Position numbers and translations under genes: made by a program
Origin: Chara braunii
Lineage: Eukaryota > Plantae > Charophyceae
Direction: 5' to 3'
DNA length: 64,000 nucleotides
Assembly: GCA_003427395.1 (NCBI GenBank)
Contig: BFEA01000010.1
Span: 6,078,144-6,142,143 of the forward strand
Notes under the pieces: model-generated
Seen by the model: only the letters and a program-made list of their open reading frames with translations
Told to the model about the DNA's origin: nothing
Databases searched by the model: none
Shown here: positions 25,908-38,216 of the stretch, piece after piece
How the letters are laid out: every line of letters begins with the position of its first letter
How positions within the stretch are numbered: the first letter of the stretch is position 1

Positions 25908-26719
25908 GAATCCAGAGGGATGAGTGAGGGCTCAAGACTGGTGCTGCCCATGCTCTTTTCCATGTGTACTTTCTGAGACAATTATGAACTCTCATTCTTC
26001 TCTCACTTAAACTTGTCATTGCTCGAGTCAGTCGGTCTTGTTTCTCGCATTGTCGTTGTTGATGATTGCATTTCTCTGATGATTATGTCACGGTTCTCAA
26101 AATTAGTAAACTGGCAAAATTGATGAATGCATGACACACCACAATTTTATGATTATTACTTGCAAGAATCTTTGCTGTTCTGAATCAAAAAAAAAGATTA
26201 AGCCGGACGCACACAACAGGAGGGGATTTGCTCTATTTAGTTTATCTTATTTATTGCAAACGACATCCTAACCCTGCGTGACAGCCTGTTGGCCTTCTGG
26301 TCGCCTGAAGAGGCCCGACTGGAAAGAGTGTGACACCGCGTCGGCAGGGAGGGGCAGGGGCCGCAGTGCCAGGTGAGAAGAGATGCAGCAGTGTACTTAT
26401 CGTCCACGATGACAGCACCGATGTCGCCCCCGAAGAGACTGCAGGCACAGATGATCTGGGGGACTCGGATTACATACCGACATTGCGGGGGGCAGGCGGA
26501 GATGATGGAAGGGGGCAACAGGTCAGACGGAGGACCTGACGTGGGAAAAATGGGCAGGGCACACCATCGGCCAGGATACCACCCATTACAGAAACTATTG
26601 TGCACACTAGAGGCACAAACTCGGGCCAAATGGGCAGAGGGCACACCGTCGGCCAGGATACCACCCATTGATCGACGAGCTCAAGCGCAGCAGCTACTGT
26701 GCACACTAGAGGCCCAATG

Positions 26720-26721
<2 letters not shown>

Positions 26722-26801
<80 letters not shown>
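26722..26801. repeat. (GA)n microsatellite
   Basis: About 40 perfect GA units. Confidence 0.95.
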
Positions 26802-26804
<3 letters not shown>

Positions 26805-27149
26805 TTTGCGCGGGTTTTTAGATGCACCCTTGAGGATTTTGGCGTTGGGCATACATTTGTGATGACACCGATGAGTGTGATGATACCGATGAGCTTACCA
26901 ATGTATGTGGATATCATAGAGTCGCACTGTGGCAGACTAGTCTCTGTGGAGCCTTTGACGCACGACTAGCGTAGAGCCTTTCACATAGTGAATCCGGCGT
27001 TGGGACATTTCGGTTGACTATTGTGTATTTGGATACTTCTGTCTCAGATGGTGTGCTGTATATATTGCATCCTGTTTCTTGCGATTTTTGTTATATGTTG
27101 AGTGGATTCACAATTTCAAAAAAACTGTTCCATATATATTTTTTGTAAT

Positions 27150-29273
27150 ATACTAATATGATGTGTACGGATCCGGGCCGCCCGGCCGACTGACGCCTGC
27201 CCGGGGGAGGTCCCAGGCGGCCTGGCCGGGCGGGCAGCCTGGTTGGGGGCCGGCCCCCCCCCCAGCACACCTTGTTGGCGGGGGGTTTCCGACCCTGAGT
27301 CGGCGAGATTTCGCCTCCCCAGGGCCTACCGGGTCCGACCACGCGGAGAAAACGGCGCGTCGGGCCCGTGAGGCCTTTTTTTTTTTTTTTTTTTTGGGAC
27401 GGCCCTCTGGCCGTCGATCATCCATGATCGAAGGTCAGAGGGCCGTTCGTTTTTAGAGGGAAAACGGAGGCCCCGTTTGAACAAGCGACTGGCTGAGGCG
27501 GCCTACATTGGCTGTCCAAATGGGGGCTCGATACCTGCTCCAGCCGCCTGCGTTCATCGTCGAGTTGCCCGTCATCGAAGTAGCTGCCCCTCGTCGCCAT
27601 CGCCTGGGAGCTTCACTCACCTGTCGTCGTCGAGTCGCCCGTCGCCCGTTGCCAGCGCCGTCGATCCCGGTGCTCCTGCATGACGACAACCCGTGCCGCC
27701 CGTCGACGTGGAGTGCCGGTCTGTTCTTCTTCTTCTTCTTCTTCTTCTTCTTCCCTCCTCCTCCTCCGCTCATTTTTCTGCTTCTTCTTCTCTCCTCCTC
27801 CTCCCCCTCTCATCTTCTTCTTCTTCTTCTTCTTCTTCCTCCTGTTATACCTCTTCTGCTTTTCTTCGTCCACGACTTCTTCACTCCTCCTCCCCTTTTA
27901 ATCTTATTGTTCTTCTTCTTCATCTCTCATCGTCGTCCTCCCCCTCATCTTCTACTTCTTATTCTTCTCTCCTCCTCCTCCTCTTCCGACTATCTTCTTT
28001 TTCTTCTTTTTTTTCACATTCGCTAGCGATAGGTTGCGAGATAAACGACAGGTAAGGAAAAAAAAAAAAACTGCTCCGCTCATCTATTTCTTCTTCTTCT
28101 TTTTCTTATTCTTCTTCGCTGATCATTTTTCCGCCTCTTGTCTCCTCCTCCTCCTCCCCCTCTCATCATCATCTTTTTCTTCTTCTTCTTCTTCTTCTTC
28201 TTCTTCTTCCTCTTATAAGTTATACCTCTTCTGCTTTTCTTCTTCCACGACTTCTTCACTCCTCCTCCTCCCCTTTTCATTTTCTTCTTCTTCTTCTTCT
28301 TCATCTCTCGTCGTCGTCCTCCCCCTCATCTTCTACTTCTTATTCTTCTCTCCTCCTCCTCTTCCGACTATCTTCTTTTTCTTCTTTTTTTTCACATTCC
28401 TTAGCGATAGGTCGCGAGATAAACAACAGNNNNNNNNNNNNNNNNNNNNNNNNNNNNNNNCCTCTTGTCTCCTCCTCCTCCTCCCCCTCTCATCAACTTC
28501 TTCTTCTTCTTCTTGTAGGACCGCCGCCACAGCCCGCCACCATACCCCGCCACCATACCATACCGCCCTGCCGCCGCCACCATCTTCTTCTTCTTCTTTT
28601 TCTTCTTCTTGTAGGACCCCCGCCACAGCCCATCGCCATACCCCGCCACCACACCATAGCGCCCTGCCGTCGTCGCCATCTTGTCCATCGTTTGGTAGGT
28701 CGTGTGAGACGCGGCAGATTAAAAAAAAAAAACCTTCCTCCTTCCCCCTACTCTCTTCATCTTCTTCTTCTGGTACTTCTTGTACTTCTCTCCTCCTCCG
28801 CCCCCCCTCATCTTCCATAGTACATCCCTCCCTCCCTCCCATCTCACCATAGTCCCTCCCACCCTCGCCATCTCGCCATCCCTCCCTCCCTCCCATCTCG
28901 CCATAGTCCGTCCCATCTCCACATCTCGCCATACTCCCTCCCTCCCTCTCCATCTCGCTATCCCTCCCTCCCTCCCGTCTCGCCATAGTACTTGGTATCA
29001 CACATGCAGCAAACAGCAGGCAACATACATGCGGAGTTCCCAACACCCAACCCCCCCCCCCCCCCCCCCCCCACCCCCAGACAACCCGTCCCCCCCCCCA
29101 AAACCAGAATTTTATTGCAGATTCGCGGTCCTCTCGCCGAGCACAGGAGGACCCCGCCTTCAAAAAAAAATAAAAAAAATTCTGGGCTGATTTTTTGCCC
29201 GCCCGGTTTGCCCGGGCAGCCCACCTGGCCCCGCCCGACCGGGCCTAGTACTCAGCTAATATCATACTAGTAT
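27150..29273. mobile_element. Putative non-autonomous TIR element with GC-rich subtermini and CTT/CCT-rich core
   Basis: 13-bp TIR ATACTAATATGAT / ATCATACTAGTAT (1 mismatch), flanked by a GTAAT direct repeat. Confidence 0.5.
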
Positions 29274-30501
29274 GTAATCCTCAAAAACCATAAACCCTAA
29301 AACCCAACAGCATTCAGTGTAAATCAGTGCAATGTTTACTATTCTTTAGTGCACCAATAAAGAAAAAAGAAAAAAAAAGGCCCCAGTGTAAGGCGTACAT
29401 CAGTGTATGTTTTAAAATTATGATTTGAAGACGCGGGCGCCCAGGTCCCCTACTACTCCACTGCCAACCAGTACCAATTTGCCAACCAGTCGCAAGTTGG
29501 CAACCACTCAACGCCACACCGTGGACCGCAATCGTGTCAGTCTGTCAGACTGTGGGAAACAAGAGGGCCCTAGGTCAACTACCGCTGGTCCCGCAACACC
29601 ACCACATGCACCACAAACCCCCAGCCCCCCTGGGCCCCAGTACCAGCTGCCACACCAAGCACCGCCCTCGGAACCCGTACCCCGCAGCAACAACCCCCCC
29701 TCCCTCCCGTTGCCATGCGGTCACTCTTCAGACTCTTCGCCCGTTAACCCCAACAACCCCGCCACGAAGGCCTGCACCGCCTTGGCGGTCTTCAGTGGTG
29801 AGCCACTGAGCCCTAGCTGCCCTACAGCCCCTNCCCCCAGGGCCCCAGCCCCGCCCCCCCGCCATGGTGTGAGCCATTTCTCCGTGGTCCACGACACCAC
29901 GCACAGGCCGCGCCAGTGGCACCGCGAACACCCACAGTCCCCGCGGAGTCGACACAGAAATCCGCAGACTCGCAGTGCCCTGCAGGGCCGTGCACCACCA
30001 ATCTCGAGGCCCCGCATCACTAGACCCTGCTGACGTTGCCCCGCGCTACACTATCCGGGCTACCCTCAAGCTCCCCANNNNNNNNNNNNNNNNNNNNNNN
30101 NNNNNNNNNNNNNNNNNNNNNNNNNNNNNNNNNNNNNNNNNNNNNNNNNNNNNNNNNNNNNNNNNNNNNNNNNNNNNNNNNNNNNNNNNNNNNNNNNNNN
30201 NNNNNNNNNNNNNNNNNNNNNNNNNNNNNNNNNNNNNNNNNNNNNNNNNNNNNNNNNNNNNNNNNNNNNNNNNNNNNNNNNNNNNNNNNNNNNNNNNNNN
30301 NNNNNNNNNNNNNNNNNNNNNNNNNNNNNNNNNNNNNNNNNNNNNNNNNNNNNNNNNNNNNNNNNNNNNNNNNNNNNNNNNNNNNNNNNNNNNNNNNNNN
30401 NNNNNNNNNNNNNNNNNNNNNNNNNNNNNNNNNNNNNNNNNNNNNNNNNNNNNNNNNNNNNNNNNNNNNNNNNNNNNNNNNNNNNCCCCACAACACCACT
30501 A

Positions 30502-30520
30502 CTGTCTCTTATACACATCT
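30502..30520 (+). other. Tn5/Nextera mosaic-end adapter (assembly artefact)
   Basis: Exact CTGTCTCTTATACACATCT, 16 bp after an N-gap. Confidence 0.95.
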
Positions 30521-31029
30521 CTTCCACCCCGCTCCCAGCATTCCTATCACCCCCGCACTCCCTATGACACCCAACCACACTCGCCAGGACCCGCACCCGC
30601 ACCCGACCCCACAACACCACTAACCCCGTGACCCCGTGACCCCGCACCCCGCACACGCAACCCCGCTGCCACCGCCCTCTTGTCCGTCCCCGCCCCCGCC
30701 TGGGATGGTCGTGACCCCTTTTTGGGGGGGGGGGGGGGGGGGGGGGGGCATCTGGGGGCATTTTCTGCATCGGTGGAGATTCGCACAACCCCCCTCCTTT
30801 TTTTTTTTCCCCGGTACCGGGGCCAGGCTCATGGGTGCCCAGCCCCGGATCTAATTACATGCATTGGTATTGTAACAGCTTACTTAGGTTCCACTATAGC
30901 CCTTAGTCAAGTTGATATGCTCTAGATTTACCTTGCAACCAGCGTTTGATCAGCCAGAACGAGACTTCACTAGCATTCACTTCGCAACCCAGTAACGTAT
31001 TAAAAGCCAATACATGACCGGGAACTCAC

Positions 31030-31168
31030 CAGTGCCTCCACGTAGAACTCTGGCACGTAGCTGAAAATGCGCTCCCTCTTGCTCGCAGCCAAGAGCAGTT
31101 GCACTATGTATATACAAGTAGCATACATCCCATGCTGTTTTGATGGAGAGAAAAACAAAACACGGTAC
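31030..31168 (-). CDS. RKP: RKP E3 ligase internal exon (YRVLFFSPSKQHGMYATC...YVPEFYVEAL)
   Basis: AG at 31169-70 and GT at 31028-29. 139 bp (1 nt + 46 codons). KQxGMYAxC and YxPEFYxExL motifs of RKP. Confidence 0.92.
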
Positions 31169-32103
31169 CTGAGACAACAGCAACCAAGCAATGCATAGAG
31201 GTTGGCATGGGTCAGCTGACAACCACACTTTGAAATACACACCACGCAGGGAGACAGGCGCACAGTACTACACATAAGAGTACATTGACAAGACTTTCCA
31301 AAATGCACCTAGACTCTCAATTACGGCCATCACTGCATGTGCCTTACCGCCATTGTGTCCACAAGTCAGTCGAGAGGTCCTGGTGTGCGTACGCCCCAAC
31401 ACAGGGTATAAGCACTACACGAACAAATTGGAAGCCAAAGAGCTGTCCAGCAGATAGACAAAAGACTAGGTCTGCTTTCGGCTACATATCAGTCCTCACA
31501 GCTGTTATGTCGAGAACAGGTTGCATGCAAAGGGCGGGCGCCAGGAGGGAAGAAAACACTCTCACCAAACTGGCCTATCCGAGAAAGTTCAAAGTGCTCC
31601 AAAGCACAAGGGATAATAACTATATCTCACAGCTGTGTATGCGGCCTGTAAATCGCCCGAAATACAGCTATTGCAATCACCCGTCAAAACACAGAATGAG
31701 AACACTGCTGATTTCTGAGCTCTGAAAGCCTTGCTGAGATTCCCACGTTCGACTAAGTTTCTGTGTGTGTGCATGCTTGCTGGTCTGCGTGCCGGTCTGA
31801 GTGCTTGTCGGCCTGAGTGTGTGTGTGACCCGCAAGGGCACTTGTTAGTTTGAAGGACCCACGGGGCCCGTACTTACCTGTGGCCACGACTTTTGAGGGT
31901 TGCAGCAGGGAAAACACTCAAGTGGCAGGAGTAGGCCTGCGACACTTACAGCGGGAAAAACACTCCACTAGAAGGTAGGTCGGTACCACTCAAATAGTGG
32001 TAGATGTGTTCGGAACTGGAGGCCAAGCAGAAGAACACAAAAGTTGACATTTTTCGTAGTTGGTAGGCTAGGTCTGGGCGGGTACCTGTCCAAGTAGCCT
32101 AAG

Positions 32104-32623
32104 TGTGGCATACTCAGCTCCCCACGGGCCCAGCAGGGCCCAACCAGGTAGGCTAGGGGTCCGTATGGTAGGGTCTGTGTCGTTTCGACCCTCAGTAGGG
32201 TCCGCAGGGTCAGTAGGTCGGTTTTGGGCTAGAGTAGGACCGGCACCAGTTGAGAGGCCCTGCAGGCCTCGTTTTGGTTACAGGCCCTGGCATGCGTTTT
32301 GGCGCCAAGGCCCTGACTTTGAGGCCGCGCCGTTTCGGTAGGCGCTGGAGGCCCAGCCTCAGTTTGGGCGCCAGGACTCAGCACTGAGGCCGACCCAGCG
32401 CTATCTATAGCTGGGTCCAGCCTCAGTTCGGGCATTCAGTAGAGGATCGAGGTGAGGCATACTTCCGACAACAGCGGTGCAGCAGTAGCCAACGCTGGGC
32501 GCTGATAGAGTAGAGTAGCGCAAGGAGGGGGAGATGGTGATTGCTGCGTGACCATTGCTCCAGCTTCGTCTTCAGCACGTCCGCACCTGCATCAAGGCAC
32601 CACCTTTCGCAGGTCAGTACCTG

Positions 32624-32716
<93 letters not shown>

Positions 32717-33082
32717 CTTGTTCTTCTTCCTCCAGTCCACCACCTTCTTCTTCCCCTCCCAGCGCTTCGCTTCTTATCTGGCTATGAGAGAGAGAGAGAG
32801 GGAGGGAGGGAGGGATTGACGACGCTTGGGATCCGGACTCGAGGCTACTGGGATTGATATCAGCGACATTCAGGTTGCCAACATTCTCATCTCTTCCCCC
32901 TTCTCCTTCCTCTCTTCCCCCTCCTCATCATCTGTGTATGAGTTAGGCCTGGCACCTTCGTCCTGTGTGCGGAGCCAGGCTGTGAGATATCAGCGACATT
33001 CGGGTTGACGACATTCTCATCTCTTCCCCCTTCTCCTTCCTCGATTCTTGGTTCTGGTCTGTACCATCTTTGGTATGCGACA
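32104..33082 (+). repeat. 5' LTR of element B
   Basis: TGTGGCATACT...TATGCGACA, homologous to 48644-49275. Confidence 0.85.
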
Positions 33083-33085
33083 GGT

Positions 33086-33097
33086 TGGTATCCGAGC
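33086..33097 (+). promoter_or_regulatory. Primer-binding site (tRNA-iMet type)
   Basis: TGGTATCCGAGC 3 nt after the LTR; canonical form TGGTATCAGAGC. Confidence 0.85.
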
Positions 33098-34895
33098 AGA
33101 CCTCTCGAAAGAGGATCTGCCCAATGAGGAAACCAACTTGATTGATTGATCAATGAAGTAGAGATTCGTCAAATTTCGACCAAAAAAAAATAAATCTACC
33201 CAAGTTGTGACCTTGATTAGCGGTAGTTATCACTAACCCCGGATTTGCGCTAGTCAGGAATTAGCACTAATCCGCGATCAAGATTAACAACTAACTAAAG
33301 GATTAAATGTTTTGCAAGTGTTTTTTTCTTTCGTTTCTTCTTTTCTCTCTGAGGTAAGTTATTAATTATGAAGTTCGAATTTTTGGCACGTGCCAATCTG
33401 ATACTCTCGAAAATTCCAAAATTTTCGGCATTCCGCGAAATCCGTGAATTTCAGAATCCCGAAATTTTGAAAATTCAGAATTCCGCGAAATCCACGAAAT
33501 TCAGAAATCCCCAAAATTCCGGACATTCCACGAAATTCACGAAAACCGTGTCTAATCGGGCTTAGGGTTCGGAATGAGGTTATGACAGATTTCGTTTTTC
33601 GAAACTCGTGAAAATTTTCAGGATGTTATGATCCTGGCCAATTTCGAGATACACATCCATCAGAAAGTACAATGCCTTCGAACTGCAAAAAGAAATGCCG
33701 CTCCGGCTAGGAGTTCTACCTTCTTTTCTCTGAGCTTTTCAGTCTGTTTCTCCGAGTTCATTTCCTATGCCCGTTGAGACTCGCAACCAGAAAGAAGAAA
33801 GAGAGAGGAGGGAGAGAGAGAAAAGGAAGAGATGGAAAGTGACCGTCTGGGGTGGGCAAGGACTGGGAAATGGAGTATCCGTCCAAGAGAAAAGGGAATG
33901 TACCTCTTGACAGTCTGATTGATTCTTTTGCTGATTGGCGTCTCCACGACTAACCTCAGTACAGTGGAGGGCCCTCTTAAATGCGCCCAGCGCTACGGAG
34001 AAACCGTATCTGCAAGCACTCATAGATAGTGCTATAGAAAGGGAACAGGAAGCGAAGAAGGAGAGGACGGAACAGCTGCTGAAAAGTCAGCAGGCCATCT
34101 TGGAAACTGTTCCCTCGCCGACCAACGAGCAGAGTGGGGAACAGCTGCAGTCCATACTCACCGCTATCGTCCAAATCCGGAGGCTTGAAGATCATACCAC
34201 TCAGATCGTCGACGTCTTCACAAAATTGAAGACACTTCAGGAGGATCTGACTGATATGACCCGCAAGTACCACGACTTGATGGTAGAGGTTGCTGCGCTG
34301 CGACACGCCCAAGTAACCAATCCTCTTCCTCTACCCCCTGGTTCCCCTGGTTCCGGAGCTGCGATTGAGACTAATCTTGCACCTCTTACCGTATCTACTT
34401 TTGCAGCTTCCTTGAGTGTGACTGTGAACCCCTCATGACCTGCGGCAGGTGCAGATTCCGCTGCTGCTGTACTCAGCAACGAGGCAGGAAACTCTGCAAC
34501 TGCTGCAGCCCTAAGATCGAAACCAGCAGTTGCTGGTTCCCATGTGGACCGAAAGGCAGTGCAAATACCGTCTAAGTGCGACGGCAAAGAAGACATTGAA
34601 TCCTGGATCAGCTCCACGAGGGCATACTTCGAGGTGCTGGGGACTCAGCCAGAGACCCAGCCAATGATCATGGGAATGAATGTCGAGCCGGTTGTACGAG
34701 GCTTCCTAGAAGTCCAAGCTACGCGGGCTGGGGTTCCAAACATCGAACTAACAAGGTGGCTTAAGGCCACCCCGGTGGCCTCCCTCGAAGAGTTCACCGG
34801 TTCCACCAAACATCCAAAACCTACTCGATCAGATCCCAAAAGTTCTGGCCGAGCCACGTGGAGTCCCCACGCGATCGGTCCAACACACCATCGAG

Positions 34896-37668
34896 TTGAT
34901 CGAGGGTGCCGTTCCTCCAAAGGGCTGCGTATACCGAATGGAACGTGGCGAGTTGGAGGAACTCCGGAGACAGATTGACGAAATGATTGACAAAGGGTGG
35001 ATCAAGCCTAAAGAGTCTGAATTTGGTGCTCCTGTCTTGTTTGTTCCAAAGAAAGGAGGCAAGCTCCGCATGTGTATTGACTATCACGACCTAAACCGCA
35101 TCACAAGAAAGAACGCCTATCCATTACCCCGAATAGATGACTTGCTTGATGCCGCAGGTGGGTGCAAAATCTTCTCCAAGATCGATCTCAAGTCTGGCTA
35201 CCACCAGATTGAAGTCGATCCTACGGACCAGCACAAAACTGTGTTCAAAACACGTGATGGGCTTTACGAGTTTACCGTAATGCCCTTTGGCCTTACCAAC
35301 GCACCGGCCACCTTCCAAAGCCTCATGGACAAAGTCCTCCGCGAACAAATTGGCCGGTTCGTGGTGGTCTACCTCGATGGCATACTAATCTACAGCAAGC
35401 CCATGGAGGAACACCTCAAGCACCTTGAGGAAGTACTGACCATCCTCGAGAAGACACAACTCCATCTCAACTTAGAGAAATCTGAGTTTGGGAAGGATAG
35501 TGTCATCTATCTTGGGCACCGGTTGTTTGCTGCAAGCCTAGAGCCTGAGGCAACCAAGGTGGAGGTCATACGCAACTGGCCTCAACCCTTGAATCTTCGC
35601 GAACTGCGCTCTTTTCTTGGTCTCGCGTCATACTATCGAAAGTTTGTGCCCCGCTTCTCCATTGTTGCACGTCCATTGTCTCGACTGACGAGTAAGAATG
35701 TTCCCTACTATTGGGACACCACGTGCACGAACACCTTTCAAGCTTTGAAAGACGCCTTGGTAAGTTACCTAGTACTCCGCATTGCAGATCCCAAACTGAC
35801 ATTCGTAGTTTCTACGAATGCAAGTCGGTATGGAATCGGCGTAGTGTTGCAGCAAGATGACGACGATGGCTTGTGGACGCTCAAATTCTACAGCAAACGC
35901 ATGCCCAACGTAAAGGGAGCCACTTCCACCTACATGCGCGAGCTCTATGCTTTGTGTATGGCTTTGGTCCCCTACGTTAATTCGCTGGTTCCATGAAATT
36001 GACATCTTTGACTTTGAGTTGAGACACAAAAAGGGTTGTTATAATCGAGTCGCTACCGCATTGTTTCGCCACCCTGAGTACATGACTTGCCTTGTGAGAT
36101 CCTACGACCTCCGAAAGAAACTGAAGGAGGAGCTCGTAGAGCAGACAGCGAAGGATCCGAAACTTAGTCCCGTCCTTGAGCGGCTGCAGGCTGATCCTAG
36201 TAGTCGGCCTGATTTTCACGAATATGGAGGACTGATTTTCCGTCGCTACAGGAACCACGACCACTTGTGTGTGCCCAACCATGAGCCTGTCCGCACGCAT
36301 TTTCTGGATTTGGCTCATGGCCGGAGCGGACACTTCGGCATGGCAAAAACGTACGCAAATCTGCTGCAACAGTTTGATTGGCCTGGCATGAAAGGGACTG
36401 CTGAAAAGTTTGTGGCTGAGTGTCAAGTCTGTCAACGAATCAAACCATGCAGACAAAAGCCCATGGGGCTACTCACACCCCTTCCCATTCCCGATGGTCC
36501 CGGGGAGTCCGTCTCCATCGACTTCACCGACATGGGAAAGGTGAGTAAGAACGGCTACTCACAAGCCATGGTGATTGTTGACCGATTGTTTAAGTTTCTC
36601 AATCTGATCCCTTCGTCGTCGCACGCCCCAACAAAATTAGGGATTCACGAGTTCCAACAAAGTACATTCTGCAGTTCGGGACCCCGAAGACTCTCGTAAG
36701 CGATCGGGACCCGCGCTTCATTAGTACTGAGTGGAAGGACTTCACGCCTCGTCTAGGGATCAGGCTGTGTATGACATCTGGCCGACACCCTGAAGCCAAC
36801 GGTTTGGCTGAAGAAATCAACCAGACTATGTTCCAACTTCTCCGCGCTTTGATTATCCCGGATCAGGAAACATGGGATGAAAAGCTGTGTTACGGGGTTG
36901 TACAAGAACTCCATCCATTCTGCCACCGGCATGACACCTAACAGGCTGCATCTCGGTTGGCAGATCCGTAATCCGCTCTCCTAACCATTCCCTGAGCAGC
37001 CAGCTGGCTTAACACCCAGCAGGCCTGGCTTCAGGGCCAAGTATGATCGCTTGCTCAAGGTTGCCATTGCAGCCATGACCAAGCGACAACACGCCATGAT
37101 CCATCACGCAAACAAGAGGCGCCGACTGTCGGACATTGAGGTAGGAAGCTATGTCTCGGTCAAGATGTCTGAATTCTTAGAAGAAGAAGGGGTCTCTCGC
37201 AAACTTCTCCCACTCTATTACGGACCGTGGGAAGTTTTGGTTGTGATTGACGAAGACCACTTTGGCCCTTCGTACGTAGTTGACGTGCCAGCTCATCTGC
37301 GCACATACCCCGTGTTCCATGCATCGAAACTGTACCTCCACCGTGATGCAAAGACGTTCGACTATCGCGAAGACATGATCCCTCGTGCGATCAAAGGCGG
37401 GCATGAGATAGACGGAATCAAACAGCACGTAGGGAAGGGACACAACAGACAGTACCAGGTTCACTTCATGTATCACCCATTAGACGATCTGTACTGGATT
37501 TCCAAACAGGAACTGCTACGCAGTGCACCGCGCGTTGTCAAAGCCTACGAGCAACAAATCGCCACTAATGCTGTACCTAAGTTATCTGCAAGGCTCACTG
37601 CAACAGAGTACTCTAGGAACATCTTTGCCTTGGTTGCTTACGATGCGTTTGTTGAGGACTCGGAATGA
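34896..37668 (+). pseudogene. Gypsy pol (RT, RNase H, integrase, chromodomain); protease deleted
   Basis: [27 protein letters not shown] (decayed YLDD), H-H-C-C integrase zinc finger, SIDF, GPW, chromodomain-like HEIDGIKQHVG...YQVHF...WIS. Confidence 0.92.
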
Positions 37669-37809
37669 GTTACTCGCTCGAAGGGACCTCACTCTTGAGG
37701 GAGGAGTAGTGTGATGACCCGTCCAAACATGGACTGAAACACAGCTGATTTTCGAGTTTTGCCCATAGACTGAATGGCTTGCTGTGTTTCCTGCCTGCTA
37801 CTAAGTCTG

Positions 37810-38040
37810 TGTGTGTGGCCATGCCTGTCTGAGTGCTGGTCGGTTTGAGTGTGTGTGTGGCCGTGCCTGTCTGAGTGCTGGTTGGCTTGAGTGTGTGTGT
37901 GGCCATGCCTGTCTGAGTGCTGGTTGGCTTGAGTGTGTGTGNGTGTGTGTGTGGCCGTGCCTGTCTGAGTGCTGGTTGGCTTGAGTGTGTGTGTGGCCAT
38001 GCCTGTCTGAGTGCTGGTTGGCTTGAGTGTGTGTGTGGCC
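37810..38040. repeat. ~42-bp minisatellite inside LTR A
   Basis: About five copies of gtgtgtgtggccRtgcctgtctgagtgctggttggcttga. Confidence 0.85.
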
Positions 38041-38216
38041 CGCAAGGGCACTTGCTCGTTCATTGGGCCCTCAGCGCAGGTACTTACCTGTGGCCGTGAC
38101 ATTGAGGGATTGCAGCAGGAAAAACACCCAAGTAGCGGGTAGGCCGGCACAACACCCTGAAGGGGTAGATGTGCAGGTACTGGAGGCCGAACAGAATAAG
38201 ACAAAAGTGGCATTTT

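Larger units (their letters stand above)
19291..26335 (+). mobile_element. Unclassified 7,045-bp insertion (giant solo-LTR-like or Ginger-like) with orphan ORFs
   Basis: Termini TGTCA...TGACA, TSD CCGC at 19287-90 and 26336-39, composition shift relative to flanks. Confidence 0.8.
16700..27090 (+). mobile_element. Downstream low-complexity part of the hAT-like element, split by the 7-kb insertion
   Basis: G/D-rich degenerate coding-like sequence runs to 19290 and resumes at 26340 after the duplicated CCGC. Outer boundary approximate. Confidence 0.5.

Noticed and set aside
26200-26240. Group II intron domain V/VI-like start (AGCCGGACGC...GGAGGGG), with GTGCG at 19320
   Set aside because: The 3' strand of domain V and the terminal AY are missing, and there is no maturase.
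26268-26277. CTAACCCT telomerase-template-like motif
   Set aside because: Isolated 8-mer with no supporting promoter or structure.
37810-38040. CRISPR-like repeat array
   Set aside because: Tandem minisatellite without unique spacers, inside a eukaryotic LTR.
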